From positions 72,168,001-72,232,000 of the forward strand of contig OX597817.1 of assembly GCA_951406725.2 (NCBI GenBank): 64,000 nt of DNA, read 5' to 3'. Source of the DNA: Octopus vulgaris (lineage: Eukaryota). A program made the position numbers and the translations under genes. Numbering within the stretch: position 1 is the first letter of the stretch; each line of letters starts with the position of its first letter. Under the pieces are notes generated by a model. That model saw nothing but the letters and a program-made list of their open reading frames with translations. It ran no database searches and had not been told where the DNA came from. Below, piece by piece: positions 13,801 to 25,846 of this stretch.

Positions 13801-15033
13801 GGGATGTGAAGGAATCAAGACTGCAGAATGGGCTCGAGTGGTGGAAGACCAACGTGGAACGGTAGCACAATACGATCTTTGACGAACCAACGTGCTAAGT
13901 TGATAAATGAGCCAGAGGAGATGTGTGAGAGATGTCTTTCCGGAGAGATGTCTTTCCGGAGCACTTCGCCCAACTTTTCGGTGGGGGTGACCTCTCGGGG
14001 CAGGACACAACTTTCGGGGCAGGACGCGGAGTGTTGTGAAGGGCAGATCATGCTTGAGGAGGTAATTGAGGCTATGGCGGTCTGCAACGCGGGTAAGTCG
14101 CTGGAACTGGATGGTCTACCCTATGAACTGTATTAGAGTATGCCAGACTTACTCGGGCACCTGCTGGCGAATGTCTACGCGACCTAACAGCAGATCTGTT
14201 CGCCAGGGAGTGGTGACGCTTGTCAGAAAGGACCCGAACAAGAGGTATTCCATTGATAATTTTCGGCCCATCACTCCGCTAAACACAGAGTTGAAGATTT
14301 TGGCCAAAGTGTTGTCGAAAAGATTGGCTTGATCGGGAAGGCACATACATGTGCCGTCCCTAGTAGAACCATTCAAGTAATCTTCATCTTCTACGGTACA
14401 CTGTAGAGGGTTATAATAATGATTCTGGCAAGGGAGGGGCAGTGATCCATTTAGACCAATCAAAGGCTTTTGATAGGGTGAACCATCGTTACCTGGTGTC
14501 CGTTCTGGCACAGTTCGGCCTGGGTCTTGGCTTTCTCAGGTGGATCACTGAAATTTATCGACTCGGTAGTTCGGGTGAACGGCTTTTTATTTAAGCCGTT
14601 CAGCATCAAACGCTTGGTTCGTCAAGGGTGTCCACTCTCCCCGCTTTTGTATGTAATGGCTGTTGGGCCATTGCTGCGAAAACTGAGCGACATCCCCAGA
14701 CAGCCAGGTTGTGGAGAGTTGGTTTCAGCGTACGCGGACGATATCACCATCATCGTAACCGAAATAGATTACCTACAGAGAGTATGCAAGGGCATTGATG
14801 AATACGAGACGGTGGCAGGAGCAAAGGTTAATCGGGAAAAGTCAGTCGGCTTGCAGCTCGGCACCTGGAGTGGAAAGACGATGCCTCCTGACAGCGTCGT
14901 GGGACGTTGGATAGAGCGTCCGATTAAGTTGCTAGGAGTCTGGTTTGGACCAGGCCTCCAAATTGAGAACTGGGCCGAGGTATCGAGCAGGGTGGCCCAC
15001 ATAGCCAAGACTTAGTCTTGGCGGTGGCTATCC
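10900..15033 (+). mobile_element. Tx1/L1-clade LINE relic: ORF1 (gag-like zinc knuckle) and ORF2 (APE endonuclease + RT), 3'-truncated, many stops and frameshifts
   Basis: ORF1 CFECGEKGHIRKNC. ORF2 starts MACIHVGCFNVRGL at 12779, with WTWSNSDGSSRSYLDRV..YSDHK (APE), NFRPITPLNTELKILAK, DQSKAFDRV, VRQGCPLSPLLY and YADD. The 5' boundary is approximate. Confidence 0.9.
11914..12285 (-). mobile_element. tRNA SINE (same family as 3076-3460) inserted in the LINE ORF1, 12-bp TSD
   Basis: Reverse complement of 3076-3460 with a small head deletion. ctccccaccact is duplicated at 11902-11913 and 12286-12297. Confidence 0.9.
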
Positions 15034-15050
15034 CTTACTATTATTTATAA

Positions 15051-15120
<70 letters not shown>

Positions 15121-15302
15121 CGTTCGTTAGCTATTCCCAGTGGCTTTTCGCCATTGGTGCCACCAACAGTGAACAATATCAACGTTAAAGGCATGAAATT
15201 GTAATGATGTTTTAGACGTTGATTGCTGAGGAATTAGCTACGAATTTTCTGTTTGGTATATTTTTGTAAAACGTTTTATTGTGTTTTTGTCAGATTTTTG
15301 AA

Positions 15303-15340
<38 letters not shown>

Positions 15341-15401
15341 TTGTGTTTGTCTGTTTATGTGTGTGTGTGAATGAATTATTTTTACTTACTATTATTTATA
15401 A

Positions 15402-15455
<54 letters not shown>

Positions 15456-16360
15456 GAAATATTAAAATTACTAAGTCTCTCTAAAAGAGATTACGGCAGC
15501 GTTCCTGGAAATTAATAGTTATCGCCATACTAATATGGCATTCTTATAAAAATAAGAAAAAAGCTGTCCGCTTATTAGCTCCATGAGGCCATCGCCTTAA
15601 GTTAGCTATTCGTTCATATGTGTCAAAGTTAGCGGAAAATTTCAATATATTTTCAATAATCATAGTTAAAATATCTATAATAAAGAACGGTATACAACAT
15701 ACACAATATAAGAAGATTTTCTTGGCAGTAATCTCTGAATTGAGCGAATTAAATATATCTTGATCAATTATTGTATAATGAGCTTTTGCATAACTGCTTT
15801 TGTTTACGTGATTGTTAAAGGCACTGAGATAAATTCTGTAACCAACTGTTTAAATTGTGATGAGAAACAATATGGTAGGTAACGTCGATACTGTATAAAA
15901 TGTCACATTGTAGACTTAAGATGGAGAGAGAGAGAGAGAGGAAGAAAGGGAGAGAGAATGAGAGAGAGAAAGAAAGGGAGAGAGAGAATAAAATATTTTG
16001 GAAAACGTCTATTTAATGATATTATTTATTTAATTTATAGCCATAGACAAATGATAAGAAAAGCTGATATTATATGAAGTCCCCAATTGTACTTAAACGA
16101 GAGAAGATAAGAAAATACATATTTTATGATATGTCTAGATAGACAATAGTAAGAGGAAGGGGTATGATGAAGTTGCAAGGTTAGTAAGATGAAATACGAC
16201 AGACAAGGTTGAGTTTAAGAGGTAAAAGTGCAATATATTATAAATTAGACTTAAAATAAGTTAAGAGTGAAATTAGAATTATGTAACCGTAATAGTGGTT
16301 GAAAAATTGGTGGTATTTATAAACCTATAAAAGATTTCCTGCCAGAAATCTATCAGATAA

Positions 16361-16651
16361 TACATACATACATACATACATACATACATACATACATACA
16401 TACATACATACATACATACATACATACATACATACATACATACATACATAGTACATAAATACATACATACATACATTCATAGTACATACATAGATACATA
16501 CATACGTACATACATACATAGTACATACATACATACATACATAGTACATATATACATACATACATACATACATACATACATACATACATACATACATACA
16601 TACATACATACATACATACATACATACATACATACATACATACATACATAC
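16361..16651. repeat. (TACA)n microsatellite
   Basis: Direct observation. Confidence 0.95.
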
Positions 16652-17105
16652 ATGTTTTGTCTTGTAAAAGACGGGCTAAAGTAAATATTCTGTTGAATAT
16701 CACAGATTTGCTTATCAGTTATTTAACATGAACTATTTGAGAATGTCCTTTGGTGGCAGATGATATGTGCATCTCTGATCATGAGCCGAAGTTATGGAGG
16801 AGCAACATACCCATATGTTGAGAGAAGTGATTTGGAGTTTGAGTAATTCACCTCTGGAAACATGAGTGTTTCGTTTAACATCCTTAAACAACCCTTATTC
16901 AGGAACGTTTTGAACTGGATGGACTACACAACCTGAAGGAAATTCAAGCTTCACTCCACCTACAACGTCATGCGGTTTTTTTATCTTGATATGAGGTCAT
17001 CATGTTGCACACATATGGCTGTGATGCTTGTGTATGGTGTACTCTTATAAGACGGATAGTCCTGATGGGTATACTGGAGTTCGTATATTTGTACCCCAGG
17101 GAAAA
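16652..17105 (+). mobile_element. Diverged partial copy of the ~540-bp TAA-associated non-coding element
   Basis: Matches the reverse complement of 61627-62180 (e.g. gatatgtgcatctctgatca, ccttaaacaacccttattcagg). Confidence 0.75.
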
Positions 17106-17149
17106 AAGCGAAGCATACATATATATATAACTGAAAAGTGAAGTGAATA

Positions 17150-17800
17150 ACATCCTACGTTTTGGCAGAAAGTACCTCAGGAAGTACTCACATCCTGACG
17201 ACCTGCCATATAATACTAAACAGTTGGACTAGCATATCTCATAGAATATCTCAGAATACTCAAATGCTCGGCATGCCAATAAAGTATGGCGTATGGATAT
17301 ATTTGCCGAAGAATTGGAGAAGACAGCTATAACGACATGAAACGCAGCCTCTCTTTCACTCATAACCACACCACCCTTCGAAGGCTATGCATTTGCAATC
17401 GAACAACAGATTATTAATAAATGCCTTGTAAACAAAAACATCAGTTAACTCCTTGGATCCGCAAAAATGCAGCCGAAAATGTGGAAGACACCACGAATGT
17501 GATTAGCAGGTGCCACATACGACACGACGTGACTCTCTAAAACAACATAGTACTAGTCGAGCACTAGTACTATCCGAAAAAGAGAGCCTTGAAATACATA
17601 CTCAACCATCCCCATCACGCGTAAATATAATAGGCCGGATATTGCTGTTGGAGAAAGATAAGATAAAGTATGCACATACTGTCATGGAAGTCAGTTGCTC
17701 TGCTGACGTGAATATCTTTTCAAAAATCAAAGGGAAAGAGGATAAATACGTACAAATGCCTGGAAGTCTCCAGCTTCTACATCCACTTTCTAAATTCAAC
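17150..17800 (+). mobile_element. Degraded RLE non-LTR retrotransposon fragment (family of 46093-46850)
   Basis: HTVMEVSCSADVN resembles VVEVSCPADVN at 46500, and FEGYAFAIEQQII resembles the TEG..AxQEQ motif. Confidence 0.55.
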
Positions 17801-17929
17801 TTTATACCAATAGATATAGATAGATATATAATGTTTCCCATCGCGTTTCTTTAACCCACGTTCTGTCTCTTCTGTCACTCATTATTTCATTGATTTCATG
17901 AAACAAAACATTTTGTAGCATTTGTAATA

Positions 17930-19009
17930 CTAGCAAACCTACCCATTTACGATGGAGGCATAAATTGGAGTAGGGTATGTTATAACAGAAGTATGTATTG
18001 AGAAATGTGTAAATGGACTTCATAGATTACTGAGTGATGCCTTAGGTAAATTACATTCTTGTTGGTGATACAGCATTCTATTGCAGCTATAGGACATGTG
18101 CCAGCGACTAAGTAAGAGCCTCTGTATCATGAATGGTTATGTGGACTACTCCTAACGAAAGCTAGAGTTTCCTTCGACCACTACATAAAAAGTATTAAGG
18201 AAAAAATGTTATTTAGATATACTTTTATTTTAGTTGTTTACACTATTTTACGCTTGTTTATACTCTTATACACTTAAAGTTCACAAATTTAACATATGAA
18301 TCATATTTCTTTCGATAGAATCAATATGATTATTGAACTTCTTTGTAGACAATATTTTCTGTTTGGTCGATACTAATTTTCAAGTCACTGGAATCCGTTG
18401 CTCTACTCATAACGACGTATAACTGGCCGTGTAAACATCGGAGTGAGTAAAAATACACGCACACGATCTAAAGTCTGGCCCTCTGCCTTCTTTGCTGTGA
18501 ATGCGTGAACGGATTCTTTAGGAATCTGCCCATCTACGATGGGAAATAAAGGGATAGTATCGCAAATGTAAACCTTCTAAATTCACGAATTATACAATGG
18601 GGCGGGGGTCCAGAGTTAAACCTCGTCGCCGGAATTTTACAAAGGTCATTTATTAACACAAAGCTCAGTATCTGTAATTGTTCAAACACCGATTAAAGAT
18701 AAGCCTTCTTTGATAAAACTATCCTAAACTATAACTTATGTATGTGGCGAAATTCAGTGGAGAACTAAGTTGACTTTGCTTCTTTTGTTAGCTATCTCCC
18801 CCTTATTTTTTATTTACTTTTTTATGCCTGTAAACTAAACAATTACCCTCAATATCCTCTAAATAATCATACGTTTTCATATTTTTTCGATTAAAAGCCT
18901 GCCTGATTACCTCCTTTGTAATTCCGAAAATCATTGACCATTTGTCCAGCCGTTTGACCGTGAAGAGGGTACAGACAGACAGACGGACATAACGCCCGTT
19001 ATAGTAAGA
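17930..19009 (-). mobile_element. Non-autonomous Helitron-like element
   Basis: The minus strand begins TC (tcttactata) after an A and ends CTAG before a T (AT target). There is a subterminal hairpin ccatttacgatgg near 17943 and a (CAGA)n tract near the 5' end. Confidence 0.55.
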
Positions 19010-19408
19010 TGTTCTATTTTGACGTCATTTTCATTATGTTTTTATGACACAAAAAAATAAAGAATGGTAATATATTTCATATATAACCCTTTGGTCTGTA
19101 TTCCATGTGATATTTGCGATACATGTCTGCAATGACGTCATAATTTCATTTATACACATCCAGTCGATGACTTTTCCACTTGGAATAAAATTAGCCATCA
19201 AATAATATTGTGACTTCCTCCACACATAATTATTTGTAGTTAGCTTTATCATGTTCTTTGCTTTAAAATGTTATTACTAACTGATAATCGGTAGATTAGC
19301 ATCGTACTGCGTACAATCTTAAGCAAATGATTTTCTACTATAGCTTCGGGCTGATCAATCAATGCCGTGTGAATGAATTTGGTAAACGGAAACTGTGTGG
19401 AATCCCTT

Positions 19409-19500
<92 letters not shown>

Positions 19501-19506
<6 letters not shown>

Positions 19507-20134
19507 TGTTGGTGAGGCAATTCGTTGCTAAACCCTTAATTACTTAGTATTACTTAAATTTTCCTCGAATGGGGCTTTTACATACCGAAATCTACTTGGT
19601 GTAATTGATAATTATCCCTAATTAATTAATTTCACCCTTTTATTATTACTGATAACCATATTTTATCCCAGTAAATGACCACAGCATCTTGTCTTGGCTA
19701 CACGCGGGTGGAAGGGGCTGGTGACACAAACTTTCATTCAAACTTTGAATTTCGTGGTACTGGTCATGCTTTGGCTCGCTCTGACACTGAGTTGAGATGA
19801 CGCATTCTAGTATCTCAAAATTTAATATACAATTATTCACAATTGTAGTATCCTGCGCCGATGAGAGAAGAAGTCTGGGTAAAGTAGAATTTTCTAATTC
19901 TTATGATATCCTAAAACTTGATCTCGAAACGTACGTCCGTAGGTAACTTAAAATTGCATGATGGATTGCCGTCATTTCATTCTTTCTTTCTTACCTGTCT
20001 GTGTTTGCCTTTTAAGTGCTGTGTTTTTACTGAGATCCCCCTTTTAGTAGAAGGAATAGCTATATCTCTTTGACTGCTATTTCTAAATTCGGTGTGTTGG
20101 TGAGGCAATTCGTTGCTAAACCCTTAATTACTTA

Positions 20135-20138
<4 letters not shown>
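19501..20138 (+). mobile_element. Penelope-like/retrozyme-like non-coding element with 50-bp terminal direct repeats, inserted in (TA)n
   Basis: tcggtgtgttggtgaggcaattcgttgctaaacccttaattacttagtat is identical at 19501-19550 and 20089-20138. It has an internal hammerhead and TA tracts on both sides. Confidence 0.75.
19852..19943 (+). ncRNA. Minimal type I hammerhead ribozyme motif (CCGAUGA variant, palindromic stem III loop)
   Basis: Stem I cctgcg/cgtagg, core ccgatga (19858-64), stem II gaga..aagt/actt..tctc, GAAA (19926-29), stem III AC-gtac-GU, cleavage triplet GUC (19935-37). Confidence 0.8.
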
Positions 20139-20172
<34 letters not shown>

Positions 20173-20471
20173 AATAAGAGTAGATTGTATACGAGTGGGT
20201 ATATGTTTGTAAAAAAGAAGTTTGAAAACGCCACTATATCAGATAAATTTTAATTTTACATGTTTCGGTTCTTGAAATAACGAACCTTATCAAATATATT
20301 ATAAAGAGTATAATCGAAAAAATCCATAGTCGTTCCTTACTGTTTTGTCGAGTGTAGTGGACAAGTTCATTATAGATTTTACCTTGTGTTCCAATGGAAG
20401 CAACAGTAGTGATTCTTGGTCGTCGTCTGTTGGTCGTATATATATATATATACACACACACAGACGCGCGC

Positions 20472-20503
<32 letters not shown>

Positions 20504-22019
20504 TTGTTTGCCTCCATGTAAATTAGTTATTCGGCAAAAGACCGATACAAGAAGTACCAACCTAAAAATATAAAACCCTTCAACTAACACCGTTCAAGAT
20601 GGTGCTTCATCATGACCACCGTCCAATGACTGAAACAAAAGTTGAAAGGTAATATCGTTTGACTACTTTGATACGTTCTTACTATGGCGTCCTAATTAAA
20701 TGATTTCCCTTATAAAGGTGACAGGTTGGCCACAGCTGGAACAGATATGATTATATGTTTGATTGGTCAGGCTAAGATGCGGCTAAGCAACAAGGGAGCA
20801 TCTGCATAGACACTTGTCTAACACTAATTAGGAGTTTGAATTTTTTAATGACGAAGCATCTGTTCTGCTTGTGCTCAGTGGGTAATTAGTAGATTCAGAC
20901 AGGTCACGCCTCTACATAGCTTAAGGAAAAATGAGCCGAGGGAAATTACTACGAGTGATAAGTGGTATATATATGAACAACATAGATTAATACACGTATA
21001 TATTAAATATCATACATAATAAATTCTCGAGTTTTTGCAATTATCTCCACCATTTGAGGGTGCATCATAACTACCAAACGTCAATTAAAGCCAACTCGAC
21101 TTGACAAGATTATCTCAAAAGTTAGTCCTTTTCATTGATAGCATATCAACTTTGGAGCATTCTATAGTCATGCCAACTTAGTAGAATTCTGGAGTTTTGA
21201 GGTTATTTCCCTTTCTGAAGTGGAGCGGGTTTCAATTGCTGTTTGGTCATGATATATCCTCTAGAGGTGGATATACTTTTAATAAATTCAGAATTTATGT
21301 TGTATGGTATGAAATACACCTGTATTTATTTATGCTGTTCAAATGCATTCCACCAACCACTCTCAGTTATTTCTCATTTTCGTCTAAACTATGCAAAATA
21401 CCTACGCTGTGAATGTATTCTACCATTTTTGTATATTTCCCTTAGTTATGGGAGGTAAGGTCGGAAATTGTTGTGTTAATGATGGCTATTAAGTCAGTAA
21501 TATGTGCCTACGACTGTCCTCTTATCTCCAGATGATAAGCTGTTGTTTTATTTTATAACAGGTTAACTTGGAAAAACATTTTGAATCTTGAAATTATCTC
21601 CCATTCTCAAGTGTAACTGGTATTAATTGCCATTTGGGAATTACGTATACTTTCCCTGAAGTTGTAGATAATTGTAGTAAATTACGAAATTTTGTTATGT
21701 GGTAATTTACATACTTCTATCTTATTTAATTACCTCAGAAAACTAGAATCAAATTTTTTTAACTCGCACAAAAGGAAATGAATAGACGTGTTTAGGATTA
21801 TGTTCGTTCGAGACTATAAATAACAAGAGCAACAATGAAATTTGAATTTCAAATAACCAATACATTCGGAGTGAGTAGTGAAAGACAAAGGCGATGATCT
21901 GCTATTTTGTACATTGTTGCCGGTGCATAATTATTTCGTTATATCATATCCAAAACCAGACAATGGTTCAGTGTAAAATCTATCTAAAATAAGTACCCCT
22001 GGGTATTATAATTGATATT

Positions 22020-22215
22020 AAATTTTGGCAGTAATTTCGAAGGAGGGAATAAGTCGATTACATTGCCTCCAGTGCTCAACTAGTACTTATTTTATCGACC
22101 TCGAGTGATGAAAGACAAAGTCAACCTCGGCAGAATTTGAGCTCAAAACATAATGACGAGCGAAAAGCTGCTAAGCATTTTGCTGGCGTGCTAACAGTTC
22201 TATCATCACTCCGTC
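22020..22215 (-). mobile_element. Nin/Deu-like SINE copy
   Basis: Reverse complement of the family (tacttattttatcgacc..aaagtcaacctcggcagaatttga). Confidence 0.75.
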
Positions 22216-22692
22216 TTCTGAGTATTATAATTAATAAAACTATAAACTACAGGAGCATTGTACACATGACAACCATTTAGTCGACTTTAAGAGATGAATT
22301 CAATTGATCATGCAAGATATATTACCTCCATTCATATCAAATCCTCAAAACTAGGCGTGGTGCGCAGAATTCAAGTAGGATTGAGGAATAAACATTATTA
22401 ACATATTCCCTGAGTATATTAGATCTTGAGTCCTGTGCTTGTGTAAGGTGAGAAAAACTTCCAAAACTGGCTATTGATCAAATCGAATTCCAGTTCCCCC
22501 ACCATCCCTCCTTTTTACATGTTAAGTCTCATTCCTGTGGAAGATATCACAATTTACAGAACAGAAATCTTTGCCAAGATTTAGGTTATCTACAACTTTT
22601 GCTGCTTTTGTTGTTGTTGACGCTGATGATAATGACAATGATGTTGATGATGATGATGGTGGTGGTGGTTGTGGTGGTGGTGGAGGTGGTGG

Positions 22693-22730
<38 letters not shown>

Positions 22731-22967
22731 TTGCTTAGCCGTAAGTCACTATTGATAAAAGAGACAAATCTATGATCAAAGGCATTGCAGGCGTTATCTT
22801 AGCATATTTATCTTTTTCTTCAAGCATTGTATATGAGGCTACATAATCCAAGGTCATGCCTCTTTAAGACTGTAGAGTGCGACTTAAAGCAGGTTTAGCT
22901 ACTCTTTCTTGCATGGCAAGCGATTTTATTGGAAGTGCATTGTTGAAACTCGTAGTTTTGTTCCTGA

Positions 22968-23092
22968 TGAGAGGAGAGTGACAGTGGATCGGGCAGGTGC
23001 TACTTAAAAAATCTTATTGTAGAGATAGCTTCCTATGTCTTCAATAACAAGTTTAAAGTAGCACTCCCCACTCCACTGTCACTCTCCTCTCA
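22968..23092. repeat. Foldback hairpin (21-bp perfect outer arms, imperfect stem to a 4-nt loop)
   Basis: tgagaggagagtgacagtgga / tccactgtcactctcctctca, with inner pairs gtgctactt/aagtagcac, ttattg/caataa and atag-cttc-ctat. Confidence 0.9.
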
Positions 23093-24789
23093 CGAACAAC
23101 ATTATAGAACATCACGGGGTACTTGTCATCACACTTGACTATGTAAAGAGACCACCTAAACAAATGACAAAATTACTAGGAGTTATATACAACTCCAAAA
23201 TATTCACAACACATAGAAAACAGAAAAGAAAGAAAATTTACGCACAAACATTTATAGCAACCACAAGTACCACACTCGACTAAGAGATAGAAGGCAAATC
23301 GAATACAGACAATGCATTATATCCAGCACAAATAGACTACAAAGAATGCAAAGAGTCCACTACACGTCGTAACATGCTGTACACACAATACATCTATACA
23401 CTGCACCCACAACATCTATGTAACGAAATAAAAACAATAATAGGAATAGCTTAATGAATAGACAAAAAAAAAGCGAAAATGAAGACGCTGACGTTAGCAT
23501 AGTTAGAACTGTTTGATAGAGAATTGGCAAAACTCTTTAAGGATGAAATATGAACAGATCTATAAAATATTCAATGATTTTGAAGAACATTATTATTTTT
23601 TTTTTCAATTTAAGAAAGGCTTTTAAAAATCCTTTCAAATTTTACCACTAAAGAGTTTTACCAATTGTCAATTATCCAGGGGTATCAGATCAGTCGGTAG
23701 ACCAGAGGTTTTAGTACGCTGACATCCGCATTTTAATTTTCCTGTTTTGTTCCTTTTCACCAACCTATTCCTCTTCCCCACAAATCACGGTGCCGATTAT
23801 GATTGACTACATAGACATGCAAGGCATGTAGTTGGTTTTGGCAGAAAGCTTCATCCAAGAGTCCCTATCATAAAAAATTCACGTCCGTTATACGCAGACA
23901 TATTGTCAACATTCAGAGCACTACTACAACATGTAAAAACATTATCTCACCCAACCGGTCTGGACAGCCATAAGAAACATACACACGCAGAAATAGCTGC
24001 AACATCAACAGTCTCACGGACCTCAAATACTATCCTGAGTTGCACACTTTTAACAATAGGTAGGGCAAATATCGTGTTCTACCTGAGTCCTTACTTCGCT
24101 TTTGTTGTGGCCAGTACAAGAAACTGCGAGCGAACATGATAAGACAAGATAGTTGAGAGAATGTAAGATGCTGAATCTGCTGTTTCATTCCTTGGGATCC
24201 ATTTCTGTACGTCTCAGTGCGCAGAATGGTCGTCAACTAGGCGGAGAAATTATATAACTGGGAAGCTGGATCTGTGGGTATCACTTCGTTATTTGGACGA
24301 CTACATGCATGCCCATTTACCTTGCACCGGAAAGACCGGGTTGGAGCTACACAACAACAATGACGTCATGACTCATGTGAGAAAGTTTCTACTGATTGTG
24401 ATAATACTATTTTCAGACTTTCTAATATTTTTTCTATTCTAAAAATTAACAATATCTGATTCTCAAACACATTGTTAGGTCTTTCGTTTTTTCATCAACA
24501 ATTTATGAAATCATTAATAAATGTACCTTTAGAAGCAAGTTAATAATGGTTACCTGACTCAGGAACAAAGCCAGGAATTTTGAGTGGTGGGGAATTAACC
24601 GATTACCAACAAATGCTGTACTCGGCTGGAACTATTTTTTATCAGCCCCAAAATACGAAGAAAGGCAAAGTTGGCGTGATTTAAAATCAGAAAGCAAGAG
24701 AGCCGGAAAAAAAGCCTCGAAGAACATTATCTAATCTTTATGTCAGTCCACTAATCTAGTCATTAGTAATATTTTTTTACTATAGCCAC

Positions 24790-24970
24790 AAGAAATTTGG
24801 GTGGGGAGGGGTCTAGCCGATTACATCCAGACGAGTGCACAATTGGTACCCCGAAATTATGAAAGGCATAGGTCAACATCAGTGGAATTTGAACTCAGAA
24901 TGTAAAGCTGGAATATATCCCGCTAAACAGTTTGTCCGGCATTCGAACGATTCGGTCAGCTCACCGCCCT
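24790..24970 (-). mobile_element. Diverged Nin/Deu-like SINE (another remnant at ~24570-24740)
   Basis: ggaatttgaactcagaatgtaaag..gtcagctcaccgcc is the reverse complement of the family head. Confidence 0.6.
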
Positions 24971-25031
24971 TCATTCAGTAATAATAGGAAATATGAATTT
25001 AAGCCAAAAGCATTTCTATCATAGCAGTGAG

Positions 25032-25215
25032 TGCTGAAAAGTTCCCGGCTTTAAAGGTGTCGCGAAAGTCCTGGTTCCGAATTCTTTTACAGGGCTTAGA
25101 CAAACTGAAAGATCGATGTAACAAGTGTATTAATCTGAGCGGGGAATACGTTAAATACCATGATTAACTGATCCTCCTGTACTTTATTTTACCCAAAGCC
25201 AGGAACTTTTCAGCA
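25032..25215 (+). mobile_element. Mariner-derived MITE
   Basis: 21-bp TIR tgctgaaaagttcc(c/t)ggcttt. The interior encodes GLDKLKDRCNKCINLSGEYVK, like a mariner transposase C-terminus. Confidence 0.8.
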
Positions 25216-25767
25216 TCCCACTTCCTATATCAAAAATGATGATTCTTTTTCCTACGATAATTGGAAGCAGCTCATTTGATATTAAAGGATTGGCATCTTG
25301 TAATGAAGCAAAAAACTTATGTTGAAGTTGACTAAAAGTTAAATTACGAGTCTAAACAATCAACTCACACACCTTCAGGACTTCAGTCACAACATACGTT
25401 ATATGAAACTAACAGGAAATATCCACTGAGTTTGCATCCCATCATATATCAGTTGATAATAATGTGTAATATATTGATAACCAGTAAACATTTCGAAATG
25501 TTATATAGTTTACTGTTCTGTTATTGGTAAGCTGAACAAAAAAAGTACTCCATCCAATGAACGATAAATATCAGTTAATATACACATTACTTAAGTACGA
25601 GCTACTATTAGTTTCATAATGTGGAAACACAATAAACTGTCAAATTTATATATATATATATCATGATTTGTGCCTTCAAGCAATCCTTCAGGCACAGATT
25701 GAATTGTGAAGCACAAGACATGATATATAAATCTGCTGATTCATTTTGTTTCCACAACATGATACTG

Positions 25768-25846
<79 letters not shown>

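Noticed and set aside
16279-16703. ORFs such as (MYVC)n, poly-I/L/Y/N, (HT)n and (YI)n throughout the window
   Set aside because: These are translations of microsatellites, not genes.
22964-23100. CTGATGAG preceding a long stem, suggestive of a hammerhead
   Set aside because: No GAAA or stem III follows the stem (tcacgaac instead), and the motif lies within the inverted-repeat arm itself.
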